36,394 bases of DNA from Acidobacteriaceae bacterium (GTDB taxonomy: Bacteria; Acidobacteriota; Terriglobia; Terriglobales; Acidobacteriaceae): NCBI GenBank assembly GCA_036500785.1, contig DASYBN010000055.1, positions 1 to 36,394 on the forward strand, written 5' to 3'. This document shows, piece after piece, positions 27,229 through 36,095 of the stretch (positions are counted from its first letter, which is position 1; each line of letters starts with the position of its first letter). Made by a program: the position numbers and the translations under genes. A model generated the notes under the pieces. It was not told the origin of the DNA and made no database searches. It saw only the letters and a program-made list of their open reading frames with translations.

Positions 27229-28050
27229 ATGATCCCGGAAAACTTGGTACGTAGGCTCACGCAGATCCCAGGAGCCAGAACAATTTGGCATAACTTTCCC
27301 GTCGGCACGGTGGAGCGTCGCGTTCGCTTCGGTATCTGGCCGCGACTGCACTATGCATTTGGCGTCTACGCGGCAGCCGACGAGGCGAAGCGTCTGGGAC
27401 TCAAAGCTATTTCCGTCTTTGAACTCGGAGTCGCCGGGGGAAGAGGTCTGCTGGCGCTCGAATCTATCGCCGCTGAGATCGGCGCGGCTATGGGTATCGA
27501 GATATCGGTCTTCGGATTTGACTCGGGAGAAGGCATGCCCTCGCCGGCGGGATACCGTGATATCCCCTACATCCGGGATCAAGGCTTCTACAAAATGGAT
27601 GCAGATGCTTTGAGAAGCAGGTTAAAGAGCGCCAGGCTCATTCTTGGCAGTGTCGCGCAGACCATACCGGCGTTCATACGTAATGGTGAATTCCCACCAA
27701 TCGGCTTCATCGTATTCGATCTTGACTATTACAGTTCGACCAAGTGCGCGTTCGCCTTCTTTGAAGGACCATTTGATTCTCGCTTGCCACGCACATACTG
27801 CTACTTCGACGACATCATGTGGCCAGTGACGGCGTGCCATAACGAGTGGATTGGCGAACTATGTGCCATACGCGAGTTCAATCTGGAGCACTCGAGTAAG
27901 AAGCTGACGCCGATCAACATGCTGCGATACACGCTGCCTCACGCCGCCCCCTGGCAGGATCAGATATACGTGATGCACGATTTTTCACATCCGCTTTACT
28001 GCAACAATCTCACCGACAAATCCGACAAGCACACGCAGCGCCCCATTTAG
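27229..28050 (+). CDS. TylF/MycF-like class I SAM-dependent O-methyltransferase
   Basis: FELGVAGG, FGFDSGEGMP, FDLDYYSST and YFDD parallel the TylF-family motifs. Confidence 0.6.
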   Translation: MIPENLVRRLTQIPGARTIWHNFPVGTVERRVRFGIWPRLHYAFGVYAAADEAKRLGLKAISVFELGVAGGRGLLALESIAAEIGAAMGIEISVFGFDSGEGMPSPAGYRDIPYIRDQGFYKMDADALRSRLKSARLILGSVAQTIPAFIRNGEFPPIGFIVFDLDYYSSTKCAFAFFEGPFDSRLPRTYCYFDDIMWPVTACHNEWIGELCAIREFNLEHSSKKLTPINMLRYTLPHAAPWQDQIYVMHDFSHPLYCNNLTDKSDKHTQRPI

Positions 28051-28069
28051 GCCGGAGAAGATCTCTGGA

Positions 28070-29350
28070 CTACTTCTTGCCGAAGACGTCGCCCATCCTT
28101 CGGATCTGTGCGCCGACGCCGCGGAGTTTTTCTTCAATGTGCTCGTAGCCGCGATCCATGTGGTAGACGCGGTCGAGGATCGTTTCGCCTTCCGCGACAA
28201 GCGCCGCCAGGACAAGTGCAGCAGAGGCTCGGAGGTCCGAGCACATGACGGCTGCGGACTGGAGCGGCGACTTGCCGCGGATCGTGGCGGAGCGGCCGCT
28301 GATCGTGATGTTCGCGCCCATGCGGTTGAGCTCACCGACGTGCATGAAGCGGTTCTCAAAGATGTTTTCGGTGACGACGGAGGTTCCTTCGGCCTGCGTC
28401 ATGAGAGCCATGAACTGGGCCTGCATGTCGGTGGGGAAACCGGGGTACTCCTCGGTGGACATGTCGCTGGCGCGGAGCGATCCGCCAGAGTGAACGCGCA
28501 CGTTGTCGTTGCCGACCTCCAGCTTGACGCCGCAGTCCTCGAGCTTGGCGATGACGGCACCGAGGTGCGCGGGGTTGCAACAGTCGACGTTGAGGTCGCC
28601 GCCGGTAATCGCAGCCGCAATCAGGAAAGTCCCGGCCTCGATGCGATCCGGGTTGATACGGTGCTTGGCGCCGCGCAGTTTCGAGACACCCTTGACGCGG
28701 ATGGTGCCGGTGCCGGCACCTTCGATCTTCGCCCCCATAGCGTTGAGCAGCGCGGCAAGGTCGGTGACCTCGGGTTCGCGCGCGCAGTTTTCAAAGAGCG
28801 TTTCGCCGTCGGCGAGAACAGCGGCCATGAGCAGGTCTTCGGTGCCGGTGACGGTGATCTTGTCGAAGACGATGTGGGCGCCTTTGAGGCGGTCGGTCCG
28901 GGCCTCGAGATATCCGTGCTCCTGGGTGATGGTGGCGCCCATGGCTTCAAGTCCCTTGATGTGGAGGTCGATAGGGCGGCCGCCGATAGCGCAGCCGCCC
29001 GGCATGGCGACGCGGGCCATGCCGGTGCGCGCGATGAGCGGACCCAGCACAAGCGACGAAGCGCGCATGGTCTTGACGATCTCGTATTTGGCGACAGGGT
29101 CGGAGAGCACACCGCACTTGATGCGCGTGCGGTGCTGGGCGCGGCCATAGCCGAGCTCGACCTCGGCGCCCATGGACGCGAGCAGCTTGCGCTCCGTCTC
29201 GATGTCACGCACCTGCGGGATATTTTCGAGGATGACCTCACCCTCCGTGAGGATGGCAGCGGCCATGCACGGGAGTGCGGAATTCTTTGCGCCGGAGACC
29301 TTCAGCGTACCGAGCAGCGGGTTGCCGCCGCGGATGACGAACTTGTCCAT
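28070..29350 (-). CDS. murA: UDP-N-acetylglucosamine 1-carboxyvinyltransferase
   Basis: MDKFVIRGG, SGAKN, MRASSLVLGPL, PGGCAIGGRP (active-site Cys present), PGFPTDMQAQ, FENRFMH and DLRA. Confidence 0.97.
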   Translation of the reverse strand: MDKFVIRGGNPLLGTLKVSGAKNSALPCMAAAILTEGEVILENIPQVRDIETERKLLASMGAEVELGYGRAQHRTRIKCGVLSDPVAKYEIVKTMRASSLVLGPLIARTGMARVAMPGGCAIGGRPIDLHIKGLEAMGATITQEHGYLEARTDRLKGAHIVFDKITVTGTEDLLMAAVLADGETLFENCAREPEVTDLAALLNAMGAKIEGAGTGTIRVKGVSKLRGAKHRINPDRIEAGTFLIAAAITGGDLNVDCCNPAHLGAVIAKLEDCGVKLEVGNDNVRVHSGGSLRASDMSTEEYPGFPTDMQAQFMALMTQAEGTSVVTENIFENRFMHVGELNRMGANITISGRSATIRGKSPLQSAAVMCSDLRASAALVLAALVAEGETILDRVYHMDRGYEHIEEKLRGVGAQIRRMGDVFGKK

Positions 29351-29412
29351 TGAGACAGTGTACGGATGAGGCATGTGGATGCGAGTGATTCGAATGGTGC
29401 GGGTGATGCGAC

Positions 29413-29445
29413 GAAAGTGAAAAGCCCCTGCCGGTGGCAGGGGCT
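29413..29445 (-). terminator. Rho-independent terminator after the Spy-like gene
   Basis: 10-bp stem AGCCCCTGCC/GGCAGGGGCT with 3-nt loop, followed on the minus strand by TTTCACTTTC. Confidence 0.8.
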
Positions 29446-29467
29446 CTCCTGCGGTTGAAGATGACTC

Positions 29468-29908
29468 CTAGATGCCGCTGGGAGCCTGCGGTGGCGGTGC
29501 CTGGTTGTTGTCACCGTTCGGGCCGCGCTGACCCCAGCCGTGGTGGTTGTGGCGCATGGCCTTCATCTGCTGGAGCTGGTCCGGGCTGAGGACCGTGGCG
29601 AGCTGCTGCTCGGTGCTCTGGTGGATGGCGCGCATCTGTTCGTGGCGCTGCTCGGGCGTGAGGGTCTGGTCCTGCCTCAGAGCCTGGAACTTCTGGTCGC
29701 GATCGGCCAAGATCGGCGTGAGCTTCGCGGTCTGATCGGCGGAGAGGTTCAGCTTCTTGGAGAGGAACTCGGCCTGATGCTGCGGGTCGGGTGCGTGATG
29801 GCGGTGGTGGGGCGCGCCTTCTGGGAGGGTGGGCTGCGCCTGCTGGGCGAACGCCGTTGCGCCGGTGAGGGCGAGCGTAAGCGCGGTCGAAAGTATGATG
29901 CGTTTCAT
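29468..29908 (-). CDS. Spy/CpxP-like periplasmic LTXXQ protein
   Basis: AAGGAG RBS; signal peptide (...TAFA/QQ); LSADQ, LTPEQ and LSPDQ motifs; His-rich ends. Confidence 0.75.
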   Translation of the reverse strand: MKRIILSTALTLALTGATAFAQQAQPTLPEGAPHHRHHAPDPQHQAEFLSKKLNLSADQTAKLTPILADRDQKFQALRQDQTLTPEQRHEQMRAIHQSTEQQLATVLSPDQLQQMKAMRHNHHGWGQRGPNGDNNQAPPPQAPSGI

Positions 29909-30218
29909 CGAGTTGCTCCTTGCGGCGGCCTGTAGGAAAGCCGCCTGCTAGTGAGATAAACACGATCGCAGAAGGATGTTGCGCGCAACTTCGCAGCAGC
30001 GATCTGTGTCGACCCAGGGAGACCGTGTTTCAGCCCGTGAGACGGGGATCGATTGCGGAGAGTTGACACACGTCCAAGGAAGCTTTGGCGTGTGAGCCAC
30101 CTTCGCGGCTTGCGGCGAGCTTACCAGTTTGGCTAGTGGCCAAGCGTGCGGTGTGTAGGCATAATGGCTGCTTCTCGCGTGCGGCGAAACGCACGCGCTT
30201 TGGAGATCGGCGCCGCGC

Positions 30219-31202
30219 ATGTTCGTTCCCTCAACCTTTGCTGTCGCACTTCTGATGACCATCTTCAGCACAATCTGCTGGGGGTCCTTCGCCAACACCT
30301 TTAAAGGCACAAAGAACTACCGCTTCGAGCTCTACTACTGGGACTACGCGTTGGGCATCGTTCTGATCGCGATCCTGCTCGCGCTCACGATGGGCAGTAT
30401 CGACGGCGGCCCCACAGCGTTTCTCGCCAACCTGCACCAGGCGGATGGTCTCAACCTCTTCTACGCAGCCGTCGGCGGATTCATTTTCAATATTGCGAAC
30501 GTGCTGCTGATCGCAGGCATTGAGATCGTTGGGCTAGCGATTGCATTCCCGCTGTCCATCGGGATCGCACTGGCGGAGGGCGCCATCCTCGCGTACGCGC
30601 TGCAGCCGAAGGGGAATGCCGTGCTGCTTGGCGTCGGTGTGCTGATGAGCCTGGTCGCGGTGGTGCTGGTAGGTAAAGCGTATGGCGCGCTGCGCACAGG
30701 TGGCGAGAGTGTTTCGCGCAAAGGCGTGTGGGTGTGCGTGATCTCTGGCGTGCTGATGGGCACGTGGGCGCCGTTTGTCACGCTCGCTATGACACGCGGC
30801 GCGCATACGCTGACGCCATATACAACAACGGTTCTTCTTACGCTTGGCGCGTTCCTCTGCTGCTTCGTCTTCAACACGATCTTGATGCGGAAGCCGATCA
30901 TTGGCTCGCCTGTGGCGGCCGGCGACTACTTCCGCACGCGTGCGCGCTATCACGCGCTCGGTCTGCTCGGCGGGGCGATCTGGGGCACGGGCATGGCGTT
31001 CAATCTGGTCGCGGGCGCGGCGGTGGGCGTGTCGATCTCGTACGCCATTGGGCAGGCGTCGCCGATGGTAGCGTGTCTGTGGGGCGTGTTCGTGTGGAAG
31101 GAGTTTCGCGGCGCGAGCGTAAAAGCGAAGATCTATCTCGCGGCAATGTTTGCGGCGTACATCCTCGCCATCATTCTCATCGCAAGTGCCCATTCCGGGT
31201 AG
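30219..31202 (+). CDS. DMT-superfamily sugar permease (GRP/ureide-permease-like), probably ribose or nucleoside uptake
   Basis: ICWGSFANT, RFELYYWDY, SYAIGQASPMVA and WGVFVWKEF; 10 TM; directly upstream of a ribokinase. Confidence 0.75.
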   Translation: MFVPSTFAVALLMTIFSTICWGSFANTFKGTKNYRFELYYWDYALGIVLIAILLALTMGSIDGGPTAFLANLHQADGLNLFYAAVGGFIFNIANVLLIAGIEIVGLAIAFPLSIGIALAEGAILAYALQPKGNAVLLGVGVLMSLVAVVLVGKAYGALRTGGESVSRKGVWVCVISGVLMGTWAPFVTLAMTRGAHTLTPYTTTVLLTLGAFLCCFVFNTILMRKPIIGSPVAAGDYFRTRARYHALGLLGGAIWGTGMAFNLVAGAAVGVSISYAIGQASPMVACLWGVFVWKEFRGASVKAKIYLAAMFAAYILAIILIASAHSG

Positions 31203-31232
31203 TCTTTGCCGGTCAACAGGAGTTTTGTTCGC

Positions 31233-32165
31233 ATGAGTCAGATTGTTCTCGTTCTCGGCAGCTTTGTCGCCGATGTCGCCTTTCGCGCCTCTCGCCTGCC
31301 CGCGTGGGGAGAGACGCTGATGGGCTCCGGATTTGCGCTCGGCCCGGGAGGCAAGGGCTCCAACCAAGCCGTTGCAGCGGCGCGTGCGGGTGCGCGCGTG
31401 CAGATGGCGTCGAAGCTGGGCGACGACAGCTTCGGCGAACTTGCGCGCGGGACGTGGGCCGAGGCCGGGATCGACGACTCACTGACTCCGAACTGCGGCA
31501 CCGCGACCGGAGCGGCGGCGATCCTTATCGATGAAGCTCGCGGCGAAAATGCGATCATCGTTGTGCCGGGCGCTTGTTTCACGATCACGGCGGAAGAGGT
31601 CGACGGCATTGCCGACGCCATCCGTTCGGCGAAGATCTTCCTCACGCAGCTCGAGATGCCGGTGGCAATTGTCGAGCGCGGACTGAGGATTGCGCGCGAA
31701 GCCGGCGTGACGACTATCCTCAATCCGGCACCGGCTCCGACCACACCGCTGCCGGATAGCTTGCTTGCGCTTGCGGATTTCTTTGTGCCGAATGAGACAG
31801 AGGCGGCGATCCTGACCGGCTTGCCCGTTGAAACGATCGAGCAGGCGGAGCGCGCAGCGGCGGCGCTTCAGCAGCGCGGAGCGCGCAACGTGATTCTCAC
31901 GCTCGGCGCGCGCGGTGCCTTGGTGCGCACTGCAGCGGGTGAGACGACGCTCGTTGCGGCGATCGGTGCGGGTCCGGTTGTGGAGACGACCGGCGCCGGC
32001 GACGCCTTCTGCGGAGGGCTCGCCGCCGCGCTCGCGGAAGAGCAGCCGCTGCTCGAAGCGGTGCGGTTCGGCTGCGCGACGGCGGGCATATCCGTGACGC
32101 GGCATGGCACTGCGCCCTCGATGCCGCGCCGAACCGAGATCGAGTCACTGCTCAGGCGGCGCTGA
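31233..32165 (+). CDS. rbsK: Ribokinase
   Basis: GETL, PGGKGSNQAVAAAR, GENAI, QLE, LNPAP, PNETEA and TTGAGDAF. Confidence 0.88.
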   Translation: MSQIVLVLGSFVADVAFRASRLPAWGETLMGSGFALGPGGKGSNQAVAAARAGARVQMASKLGDDSFGELARGTWAEAGIDDSLTPNCGTATGAAAILIDEARGENAIIVVPGACFTITAEEVDGIADAIRSAKIFLTQLEMPVAIVERGLRIAREAGVTTILNPAPAPTTPLPDSLLALADFFVPNETEAAILTGLPVETIEQAERAAAALQQRGARNVILTLGARGALVRTAAGETTLVAAIGAGPVVETTGAGDAFCGGLAAALAEEQPLLEAVRFGCATAGISVTRHGTAPSMPRRTEIESLLRRR

Positions 32166-32203
32166 AACGAACTTCGCTGACGCCTGAAGCTCAGCCCTGA
32201 GAC

Positions 32204-33358
32204 TCACGCAATCGCGAACAGCGTTCCCTGCGCAGGCTCCCGCGGGGCGTCGCCGGCCGTGCGCGCGGGCTGCGGCGCTTTGCGTACCGAAGATACTCCG
32301 GAGAGCGCTCCCGGTGCCTGCAGCCCGAGCGCGTTCGAGAGCAGAGCGTCCGTCGAACGCCGCGCCAGGCCATGCTTCCGGCACGCGGCGCGCACGCGTT
32401 CAGAAACAGCCTCGCGGTATGCCGTATCGACGAAGTCCGCGCGTGCAAAACGTCGCGTGTACTCCTCGGTCAGGTGAGGGAAGTGCTCGCGGACGAAGCT
32501 CATCCACGTAGGACGCGAGCACGACTTCAAGAACAGCGGGTGCGCTCCCAGGAAGCTCGCACCCGCTGCCGCCGCGCGGCTGGCGACCGCGTCCAGCGCG
32601 CGCGGAGTGTCGTTGATGCCGGGCAACAGCGGCGAACACAATACGCCCGTGGTGATGCCTGCCGCCCGCAGCTTCTTCACTGCCGCAAAGCGCAGGTCCG
32701 GTCGCGGGGCGCGTGGTTCGAGCTTGCGCGCCAGTGCGGCGTCGGCAGTCGTGATAGTCAGGTGGACGACCAGTGCGTTGTGCCGCGCGATCTGCGTTAG
32801 CAGATCGATGTCGCGCTCGACGAGCGTCGATTTCGTCACGATGCCTATGCGATAGCCCTCGCGTCGCGCGAAGACCTCAAGCAGAGAACGCGTGATGCCG
32901 ACCCTCCGCTCGATGGGCTGATAGGGGTCGGTGGCCGTGCCGATCGCAATCTCCTGCTTTGGGTCGATGCGCCGCAGTTCCTGTTCGAGCAGCCAGGCGG
33001 CGTTTTCCTTGAGGTAGATCTCATGCTCGAAAGCGGCCGCCCACGGCTGCACTGGCGCGTCATACGTCCCGACCGGCACAGTCGCGATAGGCTCAGGGCG
33101 TAGAAACTGATGCGTGTAACGCGCATAGCAGTAGCGGCAGCCAAACTCACAGCCACGGTATGGGTTGATCGACCATGCCACCCATCCCATGCGCTTCGAA
33201 ACAGAGTGGTTCATGAGCGATCGCGCCTGCATCGCCTTGAACTCAATGAGGTGCCCGTCGTCGGCGTGGGTAGCTTCAGCGGCCAATCGCGCCAGACCGG
33301 CGGCCCGGGAGGGCAGGATGGGGAAGAGCGTCACCGTGGACCGCTGAGTTTTCGCCAT
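32204..33358 (-). CDS. Rv2578c/SplB-like radical SAM protein, putative DNA repair
   Basis: SINPYRGCEFGCRYCYAR (CxxxCxxC), GTATDPYQPIE, VTKS, LEPRAP and PLLPGIND. Confidence 0.88.
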   Translation of the reverse strand: MAKTQRSTVTLFPILPSRAAGLARLAAEATHADDGHLIEFKAMQARSLMNHSVSKRMGWVAWSINPYRGCEFGCRYCYARYTHQFLRPEPIATVPVGTYDAPVQPWAAAFEHEIYLKENAAWLLEQELRRIDPKQEIAIGTATDPYQPIERRVGITRSLLEVFARREGYRIGIVTKSTLVERDIDLLTQIARHNALVVHLTITTADAALARKLEPRAPRPDLRFAAVKKLRAAGITTGVLCSPLLPGINDTPRALDAVASRAAAAGASFLGAHPLFLKSCSRPTWMSFVREHFPHLTEEYTRRFARADFVDTAYREAVSERVRAACRKHGLARRSTDALLSNALGLQAPGALSGVSSVRKAPQPARTAGDAPREPAQGTLFAIA

Positions 33359-33407
33359 TTGTTCGCCTCAATGGATTCAAGGTATGCCCGTCTTATGCGC
33401 CTGTCAA
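33350..33407 (-). promoter_or_regulatory. Sigma70 promoter plus LexA-like direct-repeat operator of the radical SAM gene
   Basis: TTGACA(33407-33402)-N17-TACCTT(33384-33379); + strand TTTC-N7-GTTC (33350-33364) with TTCGCC repeated at an 11-bp period across the ATG. Confidence 0.65.
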
Positions 33408-33499
33408 GACCTGTTCTCCCGCTACTTCTGCGCCGCGGATCTGGCCAATCCGCTGCAGCTCCCGGTAAGCTGATAATTCTGAAAACGAGGGAGCGTGTG

Positions 33500-33955
33500 G
33501 TGGCGAAGGAACTTTATTTTGAAGATCTGCACCCGGGAATGACCTTCAACTCCAGCCGGTCATACAAGGTGACCGTCGAGGAGATCATGGAATTTGGCGA
33601 ACGATACGATCCGCAGCCGTTTCACATCGACCAGTCCGCCGGCGAGAGCTCGTTTTTCAAAGGACTTGCGGCCTCGGGCTGGCTCACCGCCGCGATCGTG
33701 ATGCGACTACGGGTGGAGTCCATCCGTATCGCCGGCGGAATGATCGGCGCCGGTGTGGAAGAGATGCGCTGGACGGCGCCAGTACGCCCAGGTGACTCGC
33801 TCCGCACCGAGGCCGAGATCATGAGCGTGCGTCATTCACGCTCGCGCCCGGAGTATGGGGTGGTGCGCTCGCGGACGACGGTCTATAACCAGCGCAATGA
33901 GCTGGTGATGCGCTCCATTGTGAACTTCCTCGCGCCACTGCGCGGCAAGCCTTAG
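33500..33955 (+). CDS. MaoC-family (hotdog fold) dehydratase
   Basis: LYFEDL, YDPQPFH, GLAASGWLT and RWTAPVRPGD; GAGGGAG RBS before GTG 33500. Confidence 0.9.
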   Translation: MAKELYFEDLHPGMTFNSSRSYKVTVEEIMEFGERYDPQPFHIDQSAGESSFFKGLAASGWLTAAIVMRLRVESIRIAGGMIGAGVEEMRWTAPVRPGDSLRTEAEIMSVRHSRSRPEYGVVRSRTTVYNQRNELVMRSIVNFLAPLRGKP

Positions 33956-34001
33956 AATCTGCCGGATACGGTAAGGTGAAAATGAGGTCATCACGTACTA
34001 A

Positions 34002-34991
34002 ATGTTCATGAAGAAACCGCTGAAACGGACGCTCGGAGGATATGTTGACGCTCTAAGGCGCTGGAACCGGGAGGATATTGAGTCGGTTTTCAGGCCCGAC
34101 AAGCTGTTGATGGGCCAGTTGGCCAGCCGGCAGATTCGGGCGATGGGGAGCGTAAACTCGCTCGCGGACGTGGAGTTCAGCGTCAGCTCGCAGTTTGGCG
34201 AGGATGGAATCATCGAGTGGCTCGTAGAGCGGGCACAGATTCCGCTTGCGTCATGCTCCTTCATCGAGTTTGGAGTGGAGAACTATGCCGAAGCGAATAC
34301 CCGTTTTCTGCTGCAGAACCGCAACTGGCGCGGCCTGATCCTGGACGGAGGGCCAGGGATGCAGGACGAGATCACGCGAGCCGGCCTCCGGTGGAAGTAC
34401 GACCTCGCCGCGAAAACTGCATTCATCACGCGTGAAAACATCAACGCGCTGATCGAGCAGGCTGGATTTACGGGCGAGGTCGGGCTGCTGAGCGTCGATG
34501 TGGATGGGAACGATTATTGGATATGGGAAGCCATCGACGTGGTCCAACCGATTGTTTGCGTTTGCGAGTACAACGCGATCTTTGGTGATGTGTATCCATT
34601 GTCGGTTCCGTATGATCCTGGTTTTTTGCGAACGACCGCCCACTTCAGTAATTTGTACTTTGGGGCATCCATTCGAGCGCTTTGTCTTCTGGGCGAGAGG
34701 AAGGGCTACCGGTTTGCGGGCACGACCTCCCATGGAGACAATGCATTCTTTGTGCGCGAGGACTACGCGAGGAGGTTTCTGGATCAATCCATCCGCAACT
34801 TTGACGCGGCGCCGACGCGCGGAAGGCAGTCGAGGGATGAATCGGGCGAGTTGAACTTTTTGCGCGGGGCAGATCGTCTGCGGCAGATCAGCGGGATGTT
34901 GGTGGTGAATACAGAAACGGGCGAGACGGCTAAGCTCGGGGATCTGGGTCTCGTCTACAGCGAAGCCTGGGAGCCCGTGATGGCGAGATAG
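34002..34991 (+). CDS. Hypothetical FkbM-like methyltransferase-fold protein of the type found in glycan loci
   Basis: SQFGEDGII, FIEFGV, LLSVDVDGNDYWIW, CEYN, GAS..A and NAFFV motifs. Confidence 0.6.
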   Translation: MFMKKPLKRTLGGYVDALRRWNREDIESVFRPDKLLMGQLASRQIRAMGSVNSLADVEFSVSSQFGEDGIIEWLVERAQIPLASCSFIEFGVENYAEANTRFLLQNRNWRGLILDGGPGMQDEITRAGLRWKYDLAAKTAFITRENINALIEQAGFTGEVGLLSVDVDGNDYWIWEAIDVVQPIVCVCEYNAIFGDVYPLSVPYDPGFLRTTAHFSNLYFGASIRALCLLGERKGYRFAGTTSHGDNAFFVREDYARRFLDQSIRNFDAAPTRGRQSRDESGELNFLRGADRLRQISGMLVVNTETGETAKLGDLGLVYSEAWEPVMAR

Positions 34992-35057
34992 CTGCGCCGG
35001 TCATCAAGGATGATGCGTGCCGCGATTGTCACAGGCATGTGGCGTATCCTGACGCTC

Positions 35058-35981
35058 GTGCGGATGACGGTTCTAGCTTCGGGATCGCGTGGGAACGCCA
35101 CGGTGGTCGCGGCAGGCGGAACGTCCGTGCTGGTCGATGCAGGTCTGAGCTGCCGCGAGATTTTGCGCCGCATGGCTTCTGCGGGCGAGGATCCCGCGAG
35201 ACTGAACGCGATCCTGATTACGCACGAGCACCTGGATCACGTCGCCGGATTGTCGGTGCTGGCCCGCAAGCTGAAGATTCCCGTGTTCTTTACCGAGGCC
35301 ACCCACCGCGCCTGGGTGCGGATGCTCACGCCGCAGAAGCGGATGACTTATAAGGCCTGGATCGAAAAGATGCAGCGCGAACGTGCGGCGATGGAATCAG
35401 GCGCCGACGCGCCGGAGGACGAAGCGGCTCCATGCACCGAAGAGGAAGCGCCGCGGAGGACGAGTCCAACCGAGCTGCCCGCACTCGAGTTCTTCGAGGC
35501 CGGACGCAGCTTCCGCATCGGCGAGCTTGAGGTGTGCCCGTTCACGATCCCGCATGACGCTGCCGACCCGTGCGGGTTCGTCTTCTACGCGCCGGGCGAA
35601 TCGATCCGCATGGCCGTCGCCACTGACCTTGGCTATGTGCCGCCGAATGTGAAGCTTGCGCTCCAAAACGTGGATGTATTGCTGCTGGAGTCCAACCATG
35701 ATCTCGAGATGTTGAAGGACGGGCCGTATCCCTGGAGTGTGAAGCAGCGGGTGCTCAGCCGGGTGGGGCATCTCTCGAACGCGGCTACGGCGGAGTTTCT
35801 GATGCGCGACTATGATGGCGGCGCTCATACCATCGTGCTGGGACATCTGAGCGAGCAGAACAATTTGCCGGAACTGGCGCGTCTGGCCGCCGAGCAGGCC
35901 ATCGGCGACCGTATGCGGCTGTTGGGAAACCGCGTTTTATTGGCTCAGCAGGACGTTGCGCTGGATCCGATTCGGTTGTAA
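35058..35981 (+). CDS. MBL-fold metallohydrolase (YycJ/WalJ-like)
   Basis: LASGSRGN, THEHLDH, PHDA, TDLG, ESNHD, GHLSN and HLSEQNN; TATCCT 7 nt before GTG 35058. Confidence 0.9.
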   Translation: MRMTVLASGSRGNATVVAAGGTSVLVDAGLSCREILRRMASAGEDPARLNAILITHEHLDHVAGLSVLARKLKIPVFFTEATHRAWVRMLTPQKRMTYKAWIEKMQRERAAMESGADAPEDEAAPCTEEEAPRRTSPTELPALEFFEAGRSFRIGELEVCPFTIPHDAADPCGFVFYAPGESIRMAVATDLGYVPPNVKLALQNVDVLLLESNHDLEMLKDGPYPWSVKQRVLSRVGHLSNAATAEFLMRDYDGGAHTIVLGHLSEQNNLPELARLAAEQAIGDRMRLLGNRVLLAQQDVALDPIRL

Positions 35982-36095
35982 AACGGTGTGCACCAAAGAC
36001 TTGACCATGAGCTCGGGCCTGAACACCAGACTCAAGGTGGACGCTTTCCCGGCACCTAATCATTGCGTAGAATAGATATTGCGTAACTAAACCCG

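Noticed and set aside
28980-29005. Possible fosfomycin-resistant MurA
   Set aside because: The target Cys is retained (PGGCAIG); there is no Cys-to-Asp change.
28139-29353. 404-aa + strand ORF mirroring murA
   Set aside because: Codon-for-codon antisense shadow of a highly biased housekeeping gene.
29948-30310. 120-aa minus-strand ORF in the spy/permease interval
   Set aside because: It overlaps the permease start antisense, has no RBS and no protein-like features.
33110-33499. Long 5' extension of the MaoC ORF
   Set aside because: It overlaps the radical SAM gene and its promoter; RBS and homology begin at GTG 33500.
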